DNA from: a virus
Lineage: Duplodnaviria > Caudoviricetes
Length of the DNA stretch: 64,000 nucleotides
IMG/VR virus record: IMGVR_UViG_2582581306_000002
Coordinates: 15,726-79,725 of that record
Direction: 5' to 3' (one strand)
The notes beneath the pieces are model-generated. The model saw only the letters and a list, made by a program, of their open reading frames with translations, was not told the origin of the DNA and did no database searches. Below are positions 54,926-64,000 of the stretch, piece by piece. Position 1 is the first letter of the stretch. Each line of letters opens with the position of its first letter. The position numbers and the translations under genes were made by a program.

Positions 54926-55994
54926 GATCACCGCAATCGAATGGACCGATTCGACAGTGAATTTCTGGTGGGGCTGCTCCAACGTCTCCCCGGGCTGCGA
55001 TCACTGCTACGCCGAGAAATGGAACGACTTCCGCGGCAACAAGCAGTGGGGACCTGGTGCGCCGCGTCGCAAGATCAAGGGCGCAGTTGCCATGCTCCGT
55101 TCCCTGCAGCGCGGCGCCTCCGCCTTCTTCCAACTCCACGGCCGGCCGCGTCGCGTGTTCATGCACTCCATGTCCGACGTGTTCGACCACGAAGTCGATG
55201 CGGCATGGAGCGCCGAAATGTTCGCCGAGGCCGAATCCGCCGACGGGCTCGACATCCAGTTCACCACGAAGCGCAGCGGCAACGTCCTGAAACTGATCCC
55301 GACGCACTGGCACGCCGCCGGCTGGCCCAAGCACATCGGCCTCATCTTCTCGATCACGTCGCAGAAGGAGGCGGAGCGCGATATCGAGCGCTTGCTGAAA
55401 CTGAAACGCGATCTCGTTATTCCGTGGGTCGGGGTCAGCCTGGAGCCGCTTCTGTCCTCGGTGAACGTCCGCATGTTGAAAGTCGGCAAGAACCTCTGGC
55501 TCGACGCGCTGACCGGATACTATTCCTACAAGGCGGGCCCCGGCCCCAACATCACCATCTGGAAAGAGGCACCGGGCCAGCCCGGACCGCTGCCGCCGCT
55601 CGATTGGGGCATCGTCGGTGGCGAGAGCGGGCCCGAGGCGAGGCCGATGCACCCGGACTGGGCGATCTCGCTGCAACGCCAGTTCGCGGCTGGCAAGGTT
55701 CCCTTCCTGTTCAAGCAGTGGGGCGAATGGCTGCCGGCATGCGATCTGGCGCCGGAGATCGACGACAAGATCTACAAGTCCAATCGTATCGCCAGGCCGG
55801 ACCAGTGCCAGGGAACGATTGACGAGCTTTACGGCCGGACCTGCAAGGTTCCCGTCATCACGCTCCAGCGCGACGGTACCGTGAAGAGCGATTACCCCAA
55901 CGGCGCCATGGACATGTTCAAGGTCGGGAAAAAGCTGTCCGGCCGGACACTTCACGGCAAAACCTACACCGATTTCCCAAGGAGGGCAGCATAA
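54918..55994 (+). CDS. Phage Gp37/Gp68 (DUF5131) family protein
   Basis: IEWTD.T.N...GC..VSPGCDHCYA, SMSD.F, TKR, S.EPLL, W.IVGGESG, FKQWG. Confidence 0.9.
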   Translation: MAEITAIEWTDSTVNFWWGCSNVSPGCDHCYAEKWNDFRGNKQWGPGAPRRKIKGAVAMLRSLQRGASAFFQLHGRPRRVFMHSMSDVFDHEVDAAWSAEMFAEAESADGLDIQFTTKRSGNVLKLIPTHWHAAGWPKHIGLIFSITSQKEAERDIERLLKLKRDLVIPWVGVSLEPLLSSVNVRMLKVGKNLWLDALTGYYSYKAGPGPNITIWKEAPGQPGPLPPLDWGIVGGESGPEARPMHPDWAISLQRQFAAGKVPFLFKQWGEWLPACDLAPEIDDKIYKSNRIARPDQCQGTIDELYGRTCKVPVITLQRDGTVKSDYPNGAMDMFKVGKKLSGRTLHGKTYTDFPRRAA

Positions 55995-56221
55995 TGGCGC
56001 GGCGCGATATCAGCATGAAAGACATTTCAGACACCGGCTTCCGGTGTGTGCCCGCTTCGAATGGCGGCTGGGTCGTTTTCGAGGTCACTGAACCAAATTT
56101 CATATCGGCGATGATCGGTGCCTATTCCGATACCGCAGCCCTGCTCAGCGGTCTCTCCACCCTACTGGCTCCCCCGACATCGACGGCACCGGCCGAGACG
56201 GTAACCGGAGTGATCCAATGA
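55994..56221 (+). CDS. Hypothetical protein
   Basis: Coupled. Confidence 0.55.
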   Translation: MARRDISMKDISDTGFRCVPASNGGWVVFEVTEPNFISAMIGAYSDTAALLSGLSTLLAPPTSTAPAETVTGVIQ

Positions 56222-56571
56222 CGCTGCTCGCGATCGACGGTGTATTGACGGAAACAGAGCCGGCCGTCGCCTGGGCGGTTGGCCCCGAAGATGGTTTCGG
56301 CTGGCAGGTCATCTGGGCTCCGACCGAGGAGTTGGCAATTTCGACCTGGCTGACCTTGCCGCGCGCCGAACTCGTCGACCCCGATATGATGGTGGCGACC
56401 CGCGTCGAGAGCTTCGACAGCCTCGATCGCCAGCCGAACACACAGGAATGGCTGGCGGCTGGTTTCGCGACGCGCTGCGCCAGATGCACCGATGTCGTCG
56501 ACAACGACGTCGGCGCCAACATCGTCGATGAGGAAACGGTGCTCTGCAGCTCCTGCGCGGAGGCATCATGA
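56218..56571 (+). CDS. Hypothetical protein with a C-terminal Zn finger
   Basis: CxxC...CxxC. Confidence 0.6.
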   Translation: MTLLAIDGVLTETEPAVAWAVGPEDGFGWQVIWAPTEELAISTWLTLPRAELVDPDMMVATRVESFDSLDRQPNTQEWLAAGFATRCARCTDVVDNDVGANIVDEETVLCSSCAEAS

Positions 56572-56870
56572 CCTTCACCAAGGGCGTGCCCGCTCCCAAT
56601 CGCAAAGTGCCCGCCGATGACATCATCATCCGCGAAGTGAATGCCGGCCTGACCAATGCCGAGATAGGCCGGAAGTACAATTGCTCCGCCCAGACCGTCT
56701 GCAGCCAGATCTTTCGCCTCGGCATCCGCCGCAAGGTGCTCGACCATCGCGCCCTGCCCGTCATTCCGCAGCGCGACCCGCGCGAGCACGTCGTTGTCCT
56801 GAAGAGCGCCACAGGCAAGCGCGTCTCCCTTGCCCGCGTCGCTGGCTACTACGAGGACACCGATGCCTGA
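56568..56870 (+). CDS. HTH hypothetical protein
   Basis: G.TN.EIG.KYN.S..TV. Confidence 0.6.
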   Translation: MTFTKGVPAPNRKVPADDIIIREVNAGLTNAEIGRKYNCSAQTVCSQIFRLGIRRKVLDHRALPVIPQRDPREHVVVLKSATGKRVSLARVAGYYEDTDA

Positions 56871-57207
56871 CCGAATCCGCTGCATCAACCCGAACTGCCG
56901 GCGGACCTTCGCGCCTGAAAAGCACCCCGGCTCCACTGACATCATCTGCGGCAAGTGCTGGAAAGCCCTGCCTGCCCGATTCCGTCTCCGGCACCGCAGT
57001 TTGGCGAAGCGCGACAAGACGCTGAACCGCCTGGTGACGAAGCGCGCCACCAGCCATGAGGCCCGTCTGAAGCAGTGGCACATCATCGCCGACCAGATGA
57101 GCCGCGCCGATCGCGTGCTCTGGGGCGCGATCCGCTCATATTTCACGGACGCCGCGGCACCGCCTGCAGGCCTCGATAATTTCTTGAAGGAGAACGGCAT
57201 TGCGTAG
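56863..57207 (+). CDS. Zn-finger hypothetical protein
   Basis: C.NP.C...IC.KCW..LP. Confidence 0.65.
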   Translation: MPDRIRCINPNCRRTFAPEKHPGSTDIICGKCWKALPARFRLRHRSLAKRDKTLNRLVTKRATSHEARLKQWHIIADQMSRADRVLWGAIRSYFTDAAAPPAGLDNFLKENGIA

Positions 57208-57793
57208 CAGCGATTGCATCATCTGCCGGGGCGGGGGCAGCATCAGACTGCCCACCTACAGCGAGGTGACGTTGCGGCCATTTCCGGGGCCGGTACTCGG
57301 CTTGGAGAGCCCTATAACCTCGTACAAAACATATTCCTGCCCGGAGTGCCACGGCGGCGAAACCGCAAAAGACGAATCCGTCTTTGTTATCGAGGCCCAT
57401 ACCTCAATGGACCCCATGATGCGAGAGCGTGCGCCCGGCTATGAGGAGCATGTCAGACGTGACCTGGTCCGCGCCATTTCCGACGAAATAGAAAAGGGGA
57501 ACTTCATCTCCTTCGCTACCGAGGAACCGAGACGCCGATACGATCGTACTAATATCGTTGCGCGGCTGGGCGTCACGTCTCAGACCCGGACGTTGACTAT
57601 TGAGCAGCGTGCCGCATGCCAAATGGAGACGTTCCTAAAGGACGTCGGAGAAGTGGCTCGGAACAAAATTTCCATCTGGGACAGCCACTACACCGGCAAT
57701 GACGGCATGATCTCCAAGTCACGGGCCATGGATTCGGTCACTGAGGCGTTCCGCGAACGCTGGGAGCAGCTGAACAAGGAGTTGAACCCATGA
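57200..57793 (+). CDS. Zn-finger hypothetical protein
   Basis: CxxCxGxG...CPEC. Confidence 0.6.
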   Translation: MRSSDCIICRGGGSIRLPTYSEVTLRPFPGPVLGLESPITSYKTYSCPECHGGETAKDESVFVIEAHTSMDPMMRERAPGYEEHVRRDLVRAISDEIEKGNFISFATEEPRRRYDRTNIVARLGVTSQTRTLTIEQRAACQMETFLKDVGEVARNKISIWDSHYTGNDGMISKSRAMDSVTEAFRERWEQLNKELNP

Positions 57794-58206
57794 CCCTGAG
57801 CACCACCGCCGCCCTCGTCGCCGAGCTCCGCGCCCGCGCTGTGCACCGTGCCGAGTTTCACAATCTCCAACCGCACACCGATATCAAACTCGATGCCGCC
57901 GATCTGCCGGAGGCGCGCGCGGCAGACATGATCGAGGGTGCCGACCGGGAACATCTCTTCTCGCCCTTTGGCAAGAAACGATCTTTCGCTGTCGCCGCCG
58001 CCAGCCAAGCTACCGATGCGGCGGCTGAGCTCTTGCGCTTCGCCCGCGAAGGGGAAGGACTGCACGGGACATTCGAGACGGAAGTGATCGAGCAGCTGCT
58101 GGACGCCGCGAAAATGGCAATCGAACTCCTTGGAGAGAGCGAGGAGGCCATCCGCTTCTTTGATATCTACCGTGCCATTGCAGGAGAATTGGAGGGATGG
58201 GCTTGA
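57790..58206 (+). CDS. Hypothetical protein
   Basis: SD AAGGAG; coupled. Confidence 0.65.
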   Translation: MTLSTTAALVAELRARAVHRAEFHNLQPHTDIKLDAADLPEARAADMIEGADREHLFSPFGKKRSFAVAAASQATDAAAELLRFAREGEGLHGTFETEVIEQLLDAAKMAIELLGESEEAIRFFDIYRAIAGELEGWA

Positions 58207-58397
58207 TCTCCACTCCCATTTTCATCGGCTGCGATCTCGCATCCGGCCCGGACCAGTCCGCCGAGGTCGTCTACCGCGTCCTGCCCGGCGGCCGCTTCGA
58301 GATTGTCTCCGTCCATCCAATTCCACGAACCATCGACCTCGGCACCGCCGAGTACGTCGTCGAGCCTCGGCACCGTCCGGAAGGATCACACTCATGA
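58197..58397 (+). CDS. Hypothetical protein
   Basis: IGCDLASGPD. Confidence 0.5.
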   Translation: MGLISTPIFIGCDLASGPDQSAEVVYRVLPGGRFEIVSVHPIPRTIDLGTAEYVVEPRHRPEGSHS

Positions 58398-59293
58398 GCA
58401 AGGAATACAAGGATCGCCGCGACCGCGCCAAGCAGGACGCCGGTAAGTACCTCGCCAACCACGTCATGATCGAGGAACCCGTCAAGTCGTTTCGCTTCCA
58501 CATGCATTATGTGGACAAGAAGCTGACCAGGCGACAGGAGGGCGCATACCCTTTCCTCCGCATCCTGCCACCGGTCGAGGGTGCCAAGTTCGGCTACAAC
58601 TCTACCTACGCCTACACGCTGACGTGGACCCCCGGTCATATGACGATTGTCGGTGACCTGGGTGAACTGACCGTCGTGCACTACCACGCGATGCCGACGC
58701 TCGAAGAAGCGTGCCGCTGGCTGCTATCGCCAGATTACGACTATCTGCTCTCCAAGACGAATGAGCAGAGGCAGTACGACGCCGACGCGACTTTGCAGGG
58801 CTTTCTTCAATACATCAACTCGGAAATCTTTGATCACGCCCTTGGCACGGCCGGCTGGGGTAAGGACCGCCGCCGCTCGAACGGAGACATCCACGAACTG
58901 CGCGCGTGGCGCCGGACGCAGCCGCGAGGCGGTCAGCTCAACGAGGAAGAAGAGAACGTTTTCGAGTGGCTCGATAACCGCCCTATCACGCTGTTCGATG
59001 ATCCTGATCGGGACTGCTGGCAGTGGTGGCGGGCTATCGCCAAACACTTCGGCTGGGGTTTCGACGAAGGGTTCATCTTAACCGCCAAAGGCCGCCGTAG
59101 TCTCCTCAGGCAATTCAAGGATGAGTTCGAGCACGTCCACAGCGCGGCTGATTTCATGCAGGCGATCGGCTTTGACGATCCACCGTTCGCCTACGAATAT
59201 CGTGACCACGCCTTCTTTCAGATCGCGGCGATCCAGCACGGCACCCGCATGATCCTTGATCGCCTGTTTCCTAGCGAGCAGGTGGCAGCATGA
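58394..59293 (+). CDS. Hypothetical protein
   Basis: W.PG...I.GDLG, DYLLSK. Confidence 0.7.
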   Translation: MSKEYKDRRDRAKQDAGKYLANHVMIEEPVKSFRFHMHYVDKKLTRRQEGAYPFLRILPPVEGAKFGYNSTYAYTLTWTPGHMTIVGDLGELTVVHYHAMPTLEEACRWLLSPDYDYLLSKTNEQRQYDADATLQGFLQYINSEIFDHALGTAGWGKDRRRSNGDIHELRAWRRTQPRGGQLNEEEENVFEWLDNRPITLFDDPDRDCWQWWRAIAKHFGWGFDEGFILTAKGRRSLLRQFKDEFEHVHSAADFMQAIGFDDPPFAYEYRDHAFFQIAAIQHGTRMILDRLFPSEQVAA

Positions 59294-59799
59294 CGGACCT
59301 TCTCCAATCCGGCAGCGCCGTCTTTTCCGACTGCGGCCTCTTCCGCTACCGCCTCGATCGCATCCTTGGCGCCGCTGGCATCGTCTACGCCTATTTCGGC
59401 GTCAACGGGTCCACGGCCGGCGCCGATGAAAATGACCACACCGTGACGAAGTGGAACGGCTTCACCGTTCGCAATGACGGCTACCGGCACATCGTCGGCA
59501 ATGCGTTTGCGAAAACCGCCACCGACGTCCGCGAGCTCCGCCGCGCACCCGATCCCATTGGCCCGCTGAACGATGCCTACCTCGCCGAGATCATTGCAGA
59601 GGCTGACGTCCTGGTCCCGTGCTGGGGCAGCCGCCACAAGCTGCCGCCTGTCCTGCGGCCTCGGCTCGACGTCGTGAAGGCCATGATCTTCGCCGCCGGT
59701 AAGCCGGTGAAAATCTTCGGCCTGACCAACTCCGGCGATCCGCTGCATCCGCTGACCCTCGCCTATGCCACGCCTCTCATCGATTGGAGCAACTCATGA
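59290..59799 (+). CDS. DUF1643 family protein
   Basis: A.FS.CG.FRY.L.R, N.STA....D.T, WG, G.P.HPL. Confidence 0.85.
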   Translation: MTDLLQSGSAVFSDCGLFRYRLDRILGAAGIVYAYFGVNGSTAGADENDHTVTKWNGFTVRNDGYRHIVGNAFAKTATDVRELRRAPDPIGPLNDAYLAEIIAEADVLVPCWGSRHKLPPVLRPRLDVVKAMIFAAGKPVKIFGLTNSGDPLHPLTLAYATPLIDWSNS

Positions 59800-60293
59800 A
59801 ACTCATGAAGGCCCTGACCGTCTGGCAACCGTGGGCCAGCTTCATCGCGATCGAAGCGAAGCCCTACGAATTTCGCGGATGGCGGCCGCCCGCGTCGATC
59901 ATCGGCGAGCGCATCGCAATTCACGCCGGCGCGCGGCCGATGAAACTGCTCGAGCTCCGCAATCTGCTGAACGCGCTCTGCGACCCGAACACTGACATCC
60001 CGACGCCGTGCCTGCACCGCGACAAGGCCTTGCCACTGTTGCAGCGGATCCTCGACGAGCACAGCCGCGCGATCCCGCGCTTCCTGCCGCTGTCGCACGT
60101 TCTCTGCACCGCCGTCGTCGGTGAGCCGAAACCCGGCAACGCCTGCGCCCGGGAGTTCGGGGAAACCGCCGGTAACGACAGCGATCGAGAAGGCACCTTC
60201 AATTGGGGCTGGCCCATGCTCGACGTTCAACCTTTGACCCCGCCGGCACCGGCTACCGGATTGCAAGGCCTTTGGAACTGGAGCCAACCATGA
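59796..60293 (+). CDS. ASCH-domain protein
   Basis: MKALTVWQPWA..I....K..EFR.W, IAIHA, G.QGLW. Confidence 0.85.
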   Translation: MKLMKALTVWQPWASFIAIEAKPYEFRGWRPPASIIGERIAIHAGARPMKLLELRNLLNALCDPNTDIPTPCLHRDKALPLLQRILDEHSRAIPRFLPLSHVLCTAVVGEPKPGNACAREFGETAGNDSDREGTFNWGWPMLDVQPLTPPAPATGLQGLWNWSQP

Positions 60294-60688
60294 ACGACTT
60301 CGTCGACAAAGCCGAGGCTTGGGATGCAGCACAGTCATCCTTCCGCAAAGGACACGCCGCCGGCATCGAGGCCGCTGCCGCCTACCACGACGCCGAGGCC
60401 GCCCGATACGCAAAAATGGGCGGGTTATTCCCGCAGGCCAGCCACGAAATCAGCGCCGCGCAGATCCGGGCGCTCACCATGGAAGACATCCACCGTGAGC
60501 AGCTCGCGCGGCCGCGTCTCAAGCCTGCTGCCCAACCAGCATCCGCCGAACCTCCGAACTTCGCCCAATGCTGCTCCAGTACCGACATCGCCTTCTGCGA
60601 CTGCGTGAACAAAAATCATATCCGGGTCAATTACGCGCCGTCGCGTGACGCCCCCGCACCCTCGGATCATGTGCGGGGCGCCGAGTGA
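60290..60688 (+). CDS. Hypothetical protein
   Basis: Coupled. Confidence 0.55.
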   Translation: MNDFVDKAEAWDAAQSSFRKGHAAGIEAAAAYHDAEAARYAKMGGLFPQASHEISAAQIRALTMEDIHREQLARPRLKPAAQPASAEPPNFAQCCSSTDIAFCDCVNKNHIRVNYAPSRDAPAPSDHVRGAE

Positions 60689-61194
60689 TGGGTGAGCACG
60701 GCAACATCACCGACAAAAGCGACGACTGGTACACGCCGCGCTATGTGTTCGACGCCCTCGGCTGCAGGTTCGATCTGGACGTTTCAGCGCCAATCGAAGG
60801 GCCACGCTACGTCCCGGCTGCTGGCTGGTTGTGGGAGCGGGGCCTTGAGCAAGACTGGCAGGGCTTCGTTTGGATGAACCCGCCGTTCGGCCACCAGAGC
60901 ACCAAGCGGGCTTGGCTGGCCAAATTCATCAAGCACGGTAACGGCATTGCGCTTTTGCCAGACCGGACCAGTGCGCCGTGGTGGCAATGGGCGGCACCCC
61001 AGATGGATGCACTCCTGTTCGTGTCCCCCAAAATCAAGTTTGAGCGACCGGACGGCAGCATAGGCGAGCAGCCCGGAACCGGCACTGTGCTCATGGCGCG
61101 CGGCGATGACGCCGTTCAGGCCCTGCATCGAGCGGCAATCGCTGCCCTTGGCATCCTCGCCCAACCCATCCGGCATACTGGAGAAGCAGCATGA
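60688..61194 (+). CDS. Phage DNA N6-adenine methyltransferase
   Basis: D.WYTP, FDLD, WMNPPF, LLP.RT. Confidence 0.85.
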   Translation: MGEHGNITDKSDDWYTPRYVFDALGCRFDLDVSAPIEGPRYVPAAGWLWERGLEQDWQGFVWMNPPFGHQSTKRAWLAKFIKHGNGIALLPDRTSAPWWQWAAPQMDALLFVSPKIKFERPDGSIGEQPGTGTVLMARGDDAVQALHRAAIAALGILAQPIRHTGEAA

Positions 61195-61240
61195 CAAAAA
61201 CTGTCACCCAAGCGCCCGCACCGAGGGAGCGGGGTACCCC

Positions 61241-61417
61241 ATGACCAACGGTCTCTACGGAAAATGCCCTTCCTGCGGCCATATCTTCATCGTGGCCAAA
61301 CTCCCCATGGAAGTATCGAAAGCCGCGGAACTGGCGTTCCGCGCCGCCTGCGCCGAGTGCGGCGAAACCAAGGGCATCAAGGTCGCCAGCCCGCCCACGG
61401 AAGGCGGTGCTTCATGA
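61241..61417 (+). CDS. Small Zn-ribbon protein
   Basis: CPSCG...CAECG. Confidence 0.55.
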   Translation: MTNGLYGKCPSCGHIFIVAKLPMEVSKAAELAFRAACAECGETKGIKVASPPTEGGAS

Positions 61418-61722
61418 GGTTAGATCGATCGCAAGCCGCGCTCGCACATTGGTGCGGTATTGTCGCGAGCCTGAAGCCTGGAGAGTGCATCGACATCTCC
61501 GTCGCGGATCTGCGCGACATTAACAGCTACGAACACAACGATGCGACCTTTACGCCGCCGGACCGCATCCTCGGAAACATCATGGGCTCCGCCTACACGC
61601 ACTCGTACCAGCTGCGGGGAGATACGGTGACGTTCATCCGCCATGAGCACACCGGCGAGCGTCGGCACAACGATCCCGACCATGATTTCCGGGTGGCGCG
61701 GCTGCGGAGGGATGACAAATGA
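61414..61722 (+). CDS. Hypothetical protein
   Basis: Coupled. Confidence 0.55.
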   Translation: MRLDRSQAALAHWCGIVASLKPGECIDISVADLRDINSYEHNDATFTPPDRILGNIMGSAYTHSYQLRGDTVTFIRHEHTGERRHNDPDHDFRVARLRRDDK

Positions 61723-61898
61723 CCGCCACCACCCTTCCCTACGTCTACGCCTGGGACCGCCAAGGCCGAAAAGGCCAGCCATGCGAGTGCCTGATCCGCA
61801 CCAAGGCCATGAACAGCTGCCTCGTCCGGTTCGCCGACGGCTACACCATGATCACGTCGCGCAACGCACTGCGGAAGAACAAGGCGGCAGTCGCATGA
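61719..61898 (+). CDS. 59-aa hypothetical protein
   Basis: RKGQPC......MNSCLVRF.DG....TSRNALRK; ATGA overlaps at both ends. Confidence 0.6.
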   Translation: MTATTLPYVYAWDRQGRKGQPCECLIRTKAMNSCLVRFADGYTMITSRNALRKNKAAVA

Positions 61899-62107
61899 GG
61901 ATCATCGAAAAGAAGCGCGGCTATTTTCGCGGCACGCACAAAGGTGGCGAGATCGAGATCACACGCGATCATGGCATGCACGACCGGAAATTCTATATCA
62001 TCGTCCGCTGGAAAGACGGCGGGCTCCTATACAACGGCTTCTCTCCTGTAGGCATCGAAACCATGGCGCAGGCCAAGAAAGAAGCGATCAGGGGTGCTTG
62101 CCTATGA
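61895..62107 (+). CDS. Hypothetical protein
   Basis: Coupled. Confidence 0.55.
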   Translation: MRIIEKKRGYFRGTHKGGEIEITRDHGMHDRKFYIIVRWKDGGLLYNGFSPVGIETMAQAKKEAIRGACL

Positions 62108-62574
62108 CAGAACACAGCAATCTCATTACGAGACTAACACAGGCACAAGGCGGCGATCGGGAGCTTGATGCTGCCATTTGTAAGGCCGTCGATCCGAAGA
62201 GATGGGCACAGGCTCGCAATTGGGCGGCAATGCCGTGCGGAGCGCCGGAAGATGTCATGGAACGAGGTGCGGTGAGGTGGGCTTTTGAGTACACCTCGTC
62301 CGTAGACGCCGCTGTCGCCCTACTTGAGCAACGCCTTCCCGGCTGGTTTTGGCGCTGCGGCCGCACGTCACTATTTCCAAACGGATGGGCATGGATCTCG
62401 GAGTATCACCCAGACCACACCACTCCTGGACTAAACGAATTTGGGTGCAGCGACGGTAAGGTTGCCACCCCGGCCTTGGCACTATGCGTCTGCATCCTTC
62501 TCGCTCACCAAGCCAGAGATAAGCGCCGTTCTCCTTCCGTACCTGTGGATGAAGTGGATAACGGGGAAAAATGA
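62104..62574 (+). CDS. Conserved phage hypothetical protein
   Basis: DRELDA.I, YTSSVDAA..L....PGW, TPALALC. Confidence 0.7.
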   Translation: MTEHSNLITRLTQAQGGDRELDAAICKAVDPKRWAQARNWAAMPCGAPEDVMERGAVRWAFEYTSSVDAAVALLEQRLPGWFWRCGRTSLFPNGWAWISEYHPDHTTPGLNEFGCSDGKVATPALALCVCILLAHQARDKRRSPSVPVDEVDNGEK

Positions 62575-62810
62575 GCCGAACTGCACATACTCCCCTTGGA
62601 TGCTGGCCCGCCGTTTTGCGTGACGAGGTCGCCGCTGCCTATGCTGGGGAGCGGACAGTCGAACAGTTTATGAGCAGGGTCGGAACAGTCTGGCCGCTGC
62701 CCTTCATTGACGTTGGGTCCGGGAAAGGCAAGTTCCGGGCGTGGCGGAAGGCGGACCTCGACAGCGTGATCCATCCAGAAGGAATCGGCGGCGACCCGGA
62801 GGGGTTGTGA
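62571..62810 (+). CDS. Probable excisionase
   Basis: WP......AAAY.G.....F...V...WP.P.......W...DLD; directly upstream of the integrase. Confidence 0.7.
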   Translation: MSRTAHTPLGCWPAVLRDEVAAAYAGERTVEQFMSRVGTVWPLPFIDVGSGKGKFRAWRKADLDSVIHPEGIGGDPEGL

Positions 62811-64000
62811 TGGTGCCGATGACCATGCCGCGCTACACCTCGTTTCGGACCCTGAGCAACGGTGCAACCGGTTTCTACTGGATATGCCCGATGTGGTTCC
62901 GCAAACAAGGCTGCCCCTACAAGGCCTCGCCCCTCGGTGAAAACCTCTCCATGAAGGAACTGGCCGCCGCCGCAAAGCTCTGGAACGATCGGCTCGATGC
63001 CTGGCTCTCTGAGCGAAAGCAACGAAAGGGTGGTCACGAGCCGGACACCAGCCGGTACGGCACCGTCGAGTGGCTGGTGAACACCTATCTCAACCATGAC
63101 AGTTTCCTCGAGCGCGTCGGTGAGTTCAGCCGACCGGATTACCGGCGGGTGTTCGATCGGGTCTGCGATACCGTCATCAAGGCAGAAAGAACCGGCATCC
63201 CGGCGCGGATCGGCGATGCAAAGATCAACCAGATCACGGTCAGGACCGCCGAGAAAATCTACCACGCGTTTTCCGAATCGGGCCGCACCTCCGAGAAAGT
63301 CATCACCTATTGCAAGGCGATGTGGAAGCGGATGCAGCCGCACTACCCTGAAATGATGAGGTCGGACACGGCCAATCCTTGGGAAGGCGTGACGGTGAAA
63401 AAGCGCGACAAGCAGATCAAGGGCCACGTCGATCGCGCTACAGTGTATCGGTTCGCCAATGCTGCCGTTGCGAAAGGCCGCGGAGAGCTGGCGGCGGCAG
63501 CGATCCTCGCGTTCGAATGGCTGATGAGACCGTCCAACATCGGCGCCGGCTACGCCGCATGGTCCGGCTACCGTGGCGGTGCCCACCCGGACAAGATCGA
63601 GATACGTCACCGGAAAACCGGTGAGATGGCGCTGCATCCACTCGAATTTGTCGAGGACGATCTGCTGATCAAGCTCTACCCGGACGCGGAAAAGATACTG
63701 GCCCAGGTGCCGCGATATGGGACGTCGATCGTCGCCCAGCATAACGGCAACCTCTTCGGCGATGGCGGATACCTGACGCAGGAAATCGCCGCCTTGGCCG
63801 CCGATGAAGACGTCGGCATGAAAGGTTTCACGCTGGATAAGGCGCGGCATGGCGGCATGACGGAGCTCGAAGAATTGGGCCTGACCGAGGGCGAAGGGCG
63901 CGCGCTGTCGAAGCATCGCACATCGCGATCCTACACCGGCTACGCGAAAGATACCGAATTGCGGGTGTTGAACGCGACCCGGAAGCGCGTCAGGAAGTGA
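62810..64000 (+). CDS. int: Tyrosine integrase
   Basis: R (LMRP), K (HRKTG), DKARHGG in place of HxxR, SKH, GYAK; stop codon at 63998-64000. Confidence 0.88.
   Translation: MVPMTMPRYTSFRTLSNGATGFYWICPMWFRKQGCPYKASPLGENLSMKELAAAAKLWNDRLDAWLSERKQRKGGHEPDTSRYGTVEWLVNTYLNHDSFLERVGEFSRPDYRRVFDRVCDTVIKAERTGIPARIGDAKINQITVRTAEKIYHAFSESGRTSEKVITYCKAMWKRMQPHYPEMMRSDTANPWEGVTVKKRDKQIKGHVDRATVYRFANAAVAKGRGELAAAAILAFEWLMRPSNIGAGYAAWSGYRGGAHPDKIEIRHRKTGEMALHPLEFVEDDLLIKLYPDAEKILAQVPRYGTSIVAQHNGNLFGDGGYLTQEIAALAADEDVGMKGFTLDKARHGGMTELEELGLTEGEGRALSKHRTSRSYTGYAKDTELRVLNATRKRVRK

Larger units (their letters stand above)
2256..64000. mobile_element. Temperate podovirus-like prophage; the right att is expected just beyond the window
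   Basis: Lysis, capsid, portal, terminase, immunity, xis and integrase modules bounded by the tRNA fragment. Confidence 0.93.

Noticed and set aside
63820-63860. Inactive integrase because HxxR reads DKAR
   Set aside because: The other catalytic residues are present and this His is not invariant in tyrosine recombinases
1-64000. CRISPR array, retron/DGR reverse transcriptase, IS transposase
   Set aside because: No regularly spaced repeats and no RT or DDE motifs seen in any ORF

Overview
Almost the whole window (about 2.26 kb to the right edge) is one apparently intact ~62-kb temperate podovirus-like prophage of an alphaproteobacterial, probably rhizobial, host. It is integrated into a tRNA-Cys gene: the 3' tRNA fragment is at 2256-2299 and the tyrosine integrase ends at 64000. 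Left to right it carries a lysis cassette (-), an N4-gp56-type capsid/tail/ejection operon (+), an accessory region, a 3337-aa polyvalent protein (-), tRNA-fMet, two enzymatic tail-spike cassettes, a CsrA-like gene, scaffold/portal/terminase (-), replication and middle genes (-), a cro/cI switch and a long early operon (+). The first 0.6 kb is the end of a second, P4-type integrative element. The main candidate new system is a 13-nt motif, GCGCATGANGTGC, in six late-gene leaders. In each leader the motif overlaps a hairpin that occludes the Shine-Dalgarno sequence, which suggests a translational switch, plausibly worked by the divergent phage CsrA-like protein. Other highlights are an HNH-family gene overprinted in the +1 frame inside the giant gene and repressor-type operators at two remote paralogous small genes. 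All family calls come from motif recognition by eye; no database searches were run.
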